The translations under genes were made by a program, and so were the position numbers. From positions 3,164,502 through 3,215,462 of the forward strand of contig NC_057753.1 in NCBI RefSeq assembly GCF_004010195.1: DNA of 50,961 bases, written 5' to 3'. Shown piece after piece: positions 49,300 through 50,961 of the stretch (its first letter is position 1; every line of letters starts with the position of its first letter). A model generated the notes under the pieces. That model ran no database searches. It saw only the letters and a program-made list of their open reading frames with translations, and was not told where the DNA came from. The stretch comes from Chiloscyllium plagiosum. Taxonomy: Eukaryota.

Positions 49300-50961
49300 T
49301 AACTGAGCAATAGACCACTTTTAAAGAAGGAACAGTGCTGACAATGTCAAGGTACATTCCTGTGAAAGGGACGGAGTGGGCAAACAAATCCAGAGCTTCC
49401 TTAGGCAATGAAACGGAGAAGAAGCAGGGTGGAAAAGGAAAGCGTGTTATTCAACTGCAAACCAAGCACGGTTAGGGTGAATTGCCCATAGTGTTCAGGG
49501 ATGTGTAGGTCAGATGCATTAGTCAGGGGTAAATGTAGGGTAATAGGGTATGGGTGGGTCACTCTTCGGAGGGTCAGTGTGGGCTTGTTGGGCCAAATGG
49601 CCTCTTTCCACCTTGTAGGGATTCTCTGTCGCGATTCTGAGTTTGGAAGATTTGGTGGGGAACTGATTCAGCAAATAACTGTACCAAAGAGGGAATATAT
49701 AAAAAGACTGCATGCTAACAGAAGTGACTCAAGGTGTGCTCAAAAGGCATGTAACTAGCGAAAAGGTTGTAAAGGTATAGTCAGTCTGATTGCGAACTGA
49801 AAAGGATGCTGAGTTGTTAAGTGTCGGTTTTGTGCCTGACTTCATAAAGGAAGAGAATGCCACTCTGGCCATAGACAAACAGGAGGAAATTAAGACGTCT
49901 TCAGGGCTTTAAAATTGAAAATGAGGTGGAATTGGCTAGGCTGCACGTTCAAATTGACGAGGCATCAACACAGAAACAGATCATTCAGTCCAACCCGTCC
50001 GCCCCGGCCAGTCGTGCCAATCTCACGCCGACCCTTTTTCTGGCATTTGGCCCATACCCTCTAAACCTTTCCTATTCACATACTTATCCAGATGCTTTTT
50101 AACTGTTACAGTTGTACCTACCTTCACTTCCTCAGGCAGTTCGTTCCACGCACACACCACCCTCTGACCGAAATGCGTCCAAGGGTTACTGAGGGCCGTG
50201 CGAGTGGAAATTGTGGCGGGTGTAGCTGTAACCTTCCAATTCTCTTTGGACGCAGGGGCAGTGAGTGAAGACAGATAGTTAAAGATGTTCCACATTTGTT
50301 CAACAACCGAAGGTAAAGACGAGCTCAGCAACAAGAGGCCAGTTCATCTTGGTGTTGGGGAAGCTTTCAAAATCGAACGCAACATAAATAGTCCCTTGAG
50401 CAACTTTGGGTTAGTTAAGGAAAGCCATCATGGATTTGTTAAAGGCAACTCCTGTTTGACAACTTGCTTATTTTCTAATGAGCGCACAGAAGGTTGTTAG
50501 GGTTGATGTTTTGATAGACTTTACATGGTCTTTCAAAATACATAGGATTAAATGCTGGGCAACAGACTTATAAATGACCTGGGTGAGGGCTTAGAAAGGT
50601 GGGTTAGTAAATTTGCGGACGACACTAAGGTCGGTGGAGTTGTGGATAGGGACGAAGGCTGTAGTAGGTTGCAGAGAGACATAGATAGGATGCAGAGCTG
50701 GGCTGAGAGGTGGCAATGGGCAACAGACTTATAAATGACCTGGGTGAGGGCTTAGAAAGGTGGGTTAGTAAATTTGCGGACGACACTAAGGTCGGTGGAG
50801 TTGTGGATAGGGACGAAGGCTGTAGTAGGTTGCAGAGAGACATAGATAGGATGCAGAGCTGGGCTGAGAGGTGGCAAATGGAGTTTAATGTGGACAAGTG
50901 TGAGGTGATACACATTGGACGGAGTAATCGGAATGCAAAGTACTGGGCTAATGGTAGGATT
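49300..50961 (+). mobile_element. Old CR1 fragments, a minus-strand CR1 tail (49965-50170) and a young CR1 RT piece from about 50570
   Basis: HHGFVKGNSCLT; INDL..VSKFADDTKVGG. Confidence 0.8.
50556..50877. repeat. Exact 161-bp tandem duplication
   Basis: Units at 50556 and 50717 appear identical. Confidence 0.92.

Overview
Repeat-saturated, non-coding vertebrate DNA. The tRNA-derived V-SINE (HE1-like) and its CR1 partner LINE (HER1-like) point to a shark or other cartilaginous fish. I see no intact protein-coding gene, tRNA/rRNA gene or CRISPR array. Contents: many decayed CR1 LINEs; about 19 HE1-type SINE copies; four clear families (and one decayed family) of Penelope-like elements (PLEs) with RT and GIY-YIG remnants, each carrying its own minimal hammerhead ribozyme (HHR); short hairpin-shaped PLE insertions; solo LTRs, one holding a 106/103-bp satellite with higher-order structure; 45-bp and 60-bp minisatellites; a decayed C2H2 zinc-finger array; four CpG-island promoter-like modules that are each tandemly duplicated; and an 847-N gap that looks spurious. 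Family names come from motif recognition by eye, not database searches, and boundaries are approximate.
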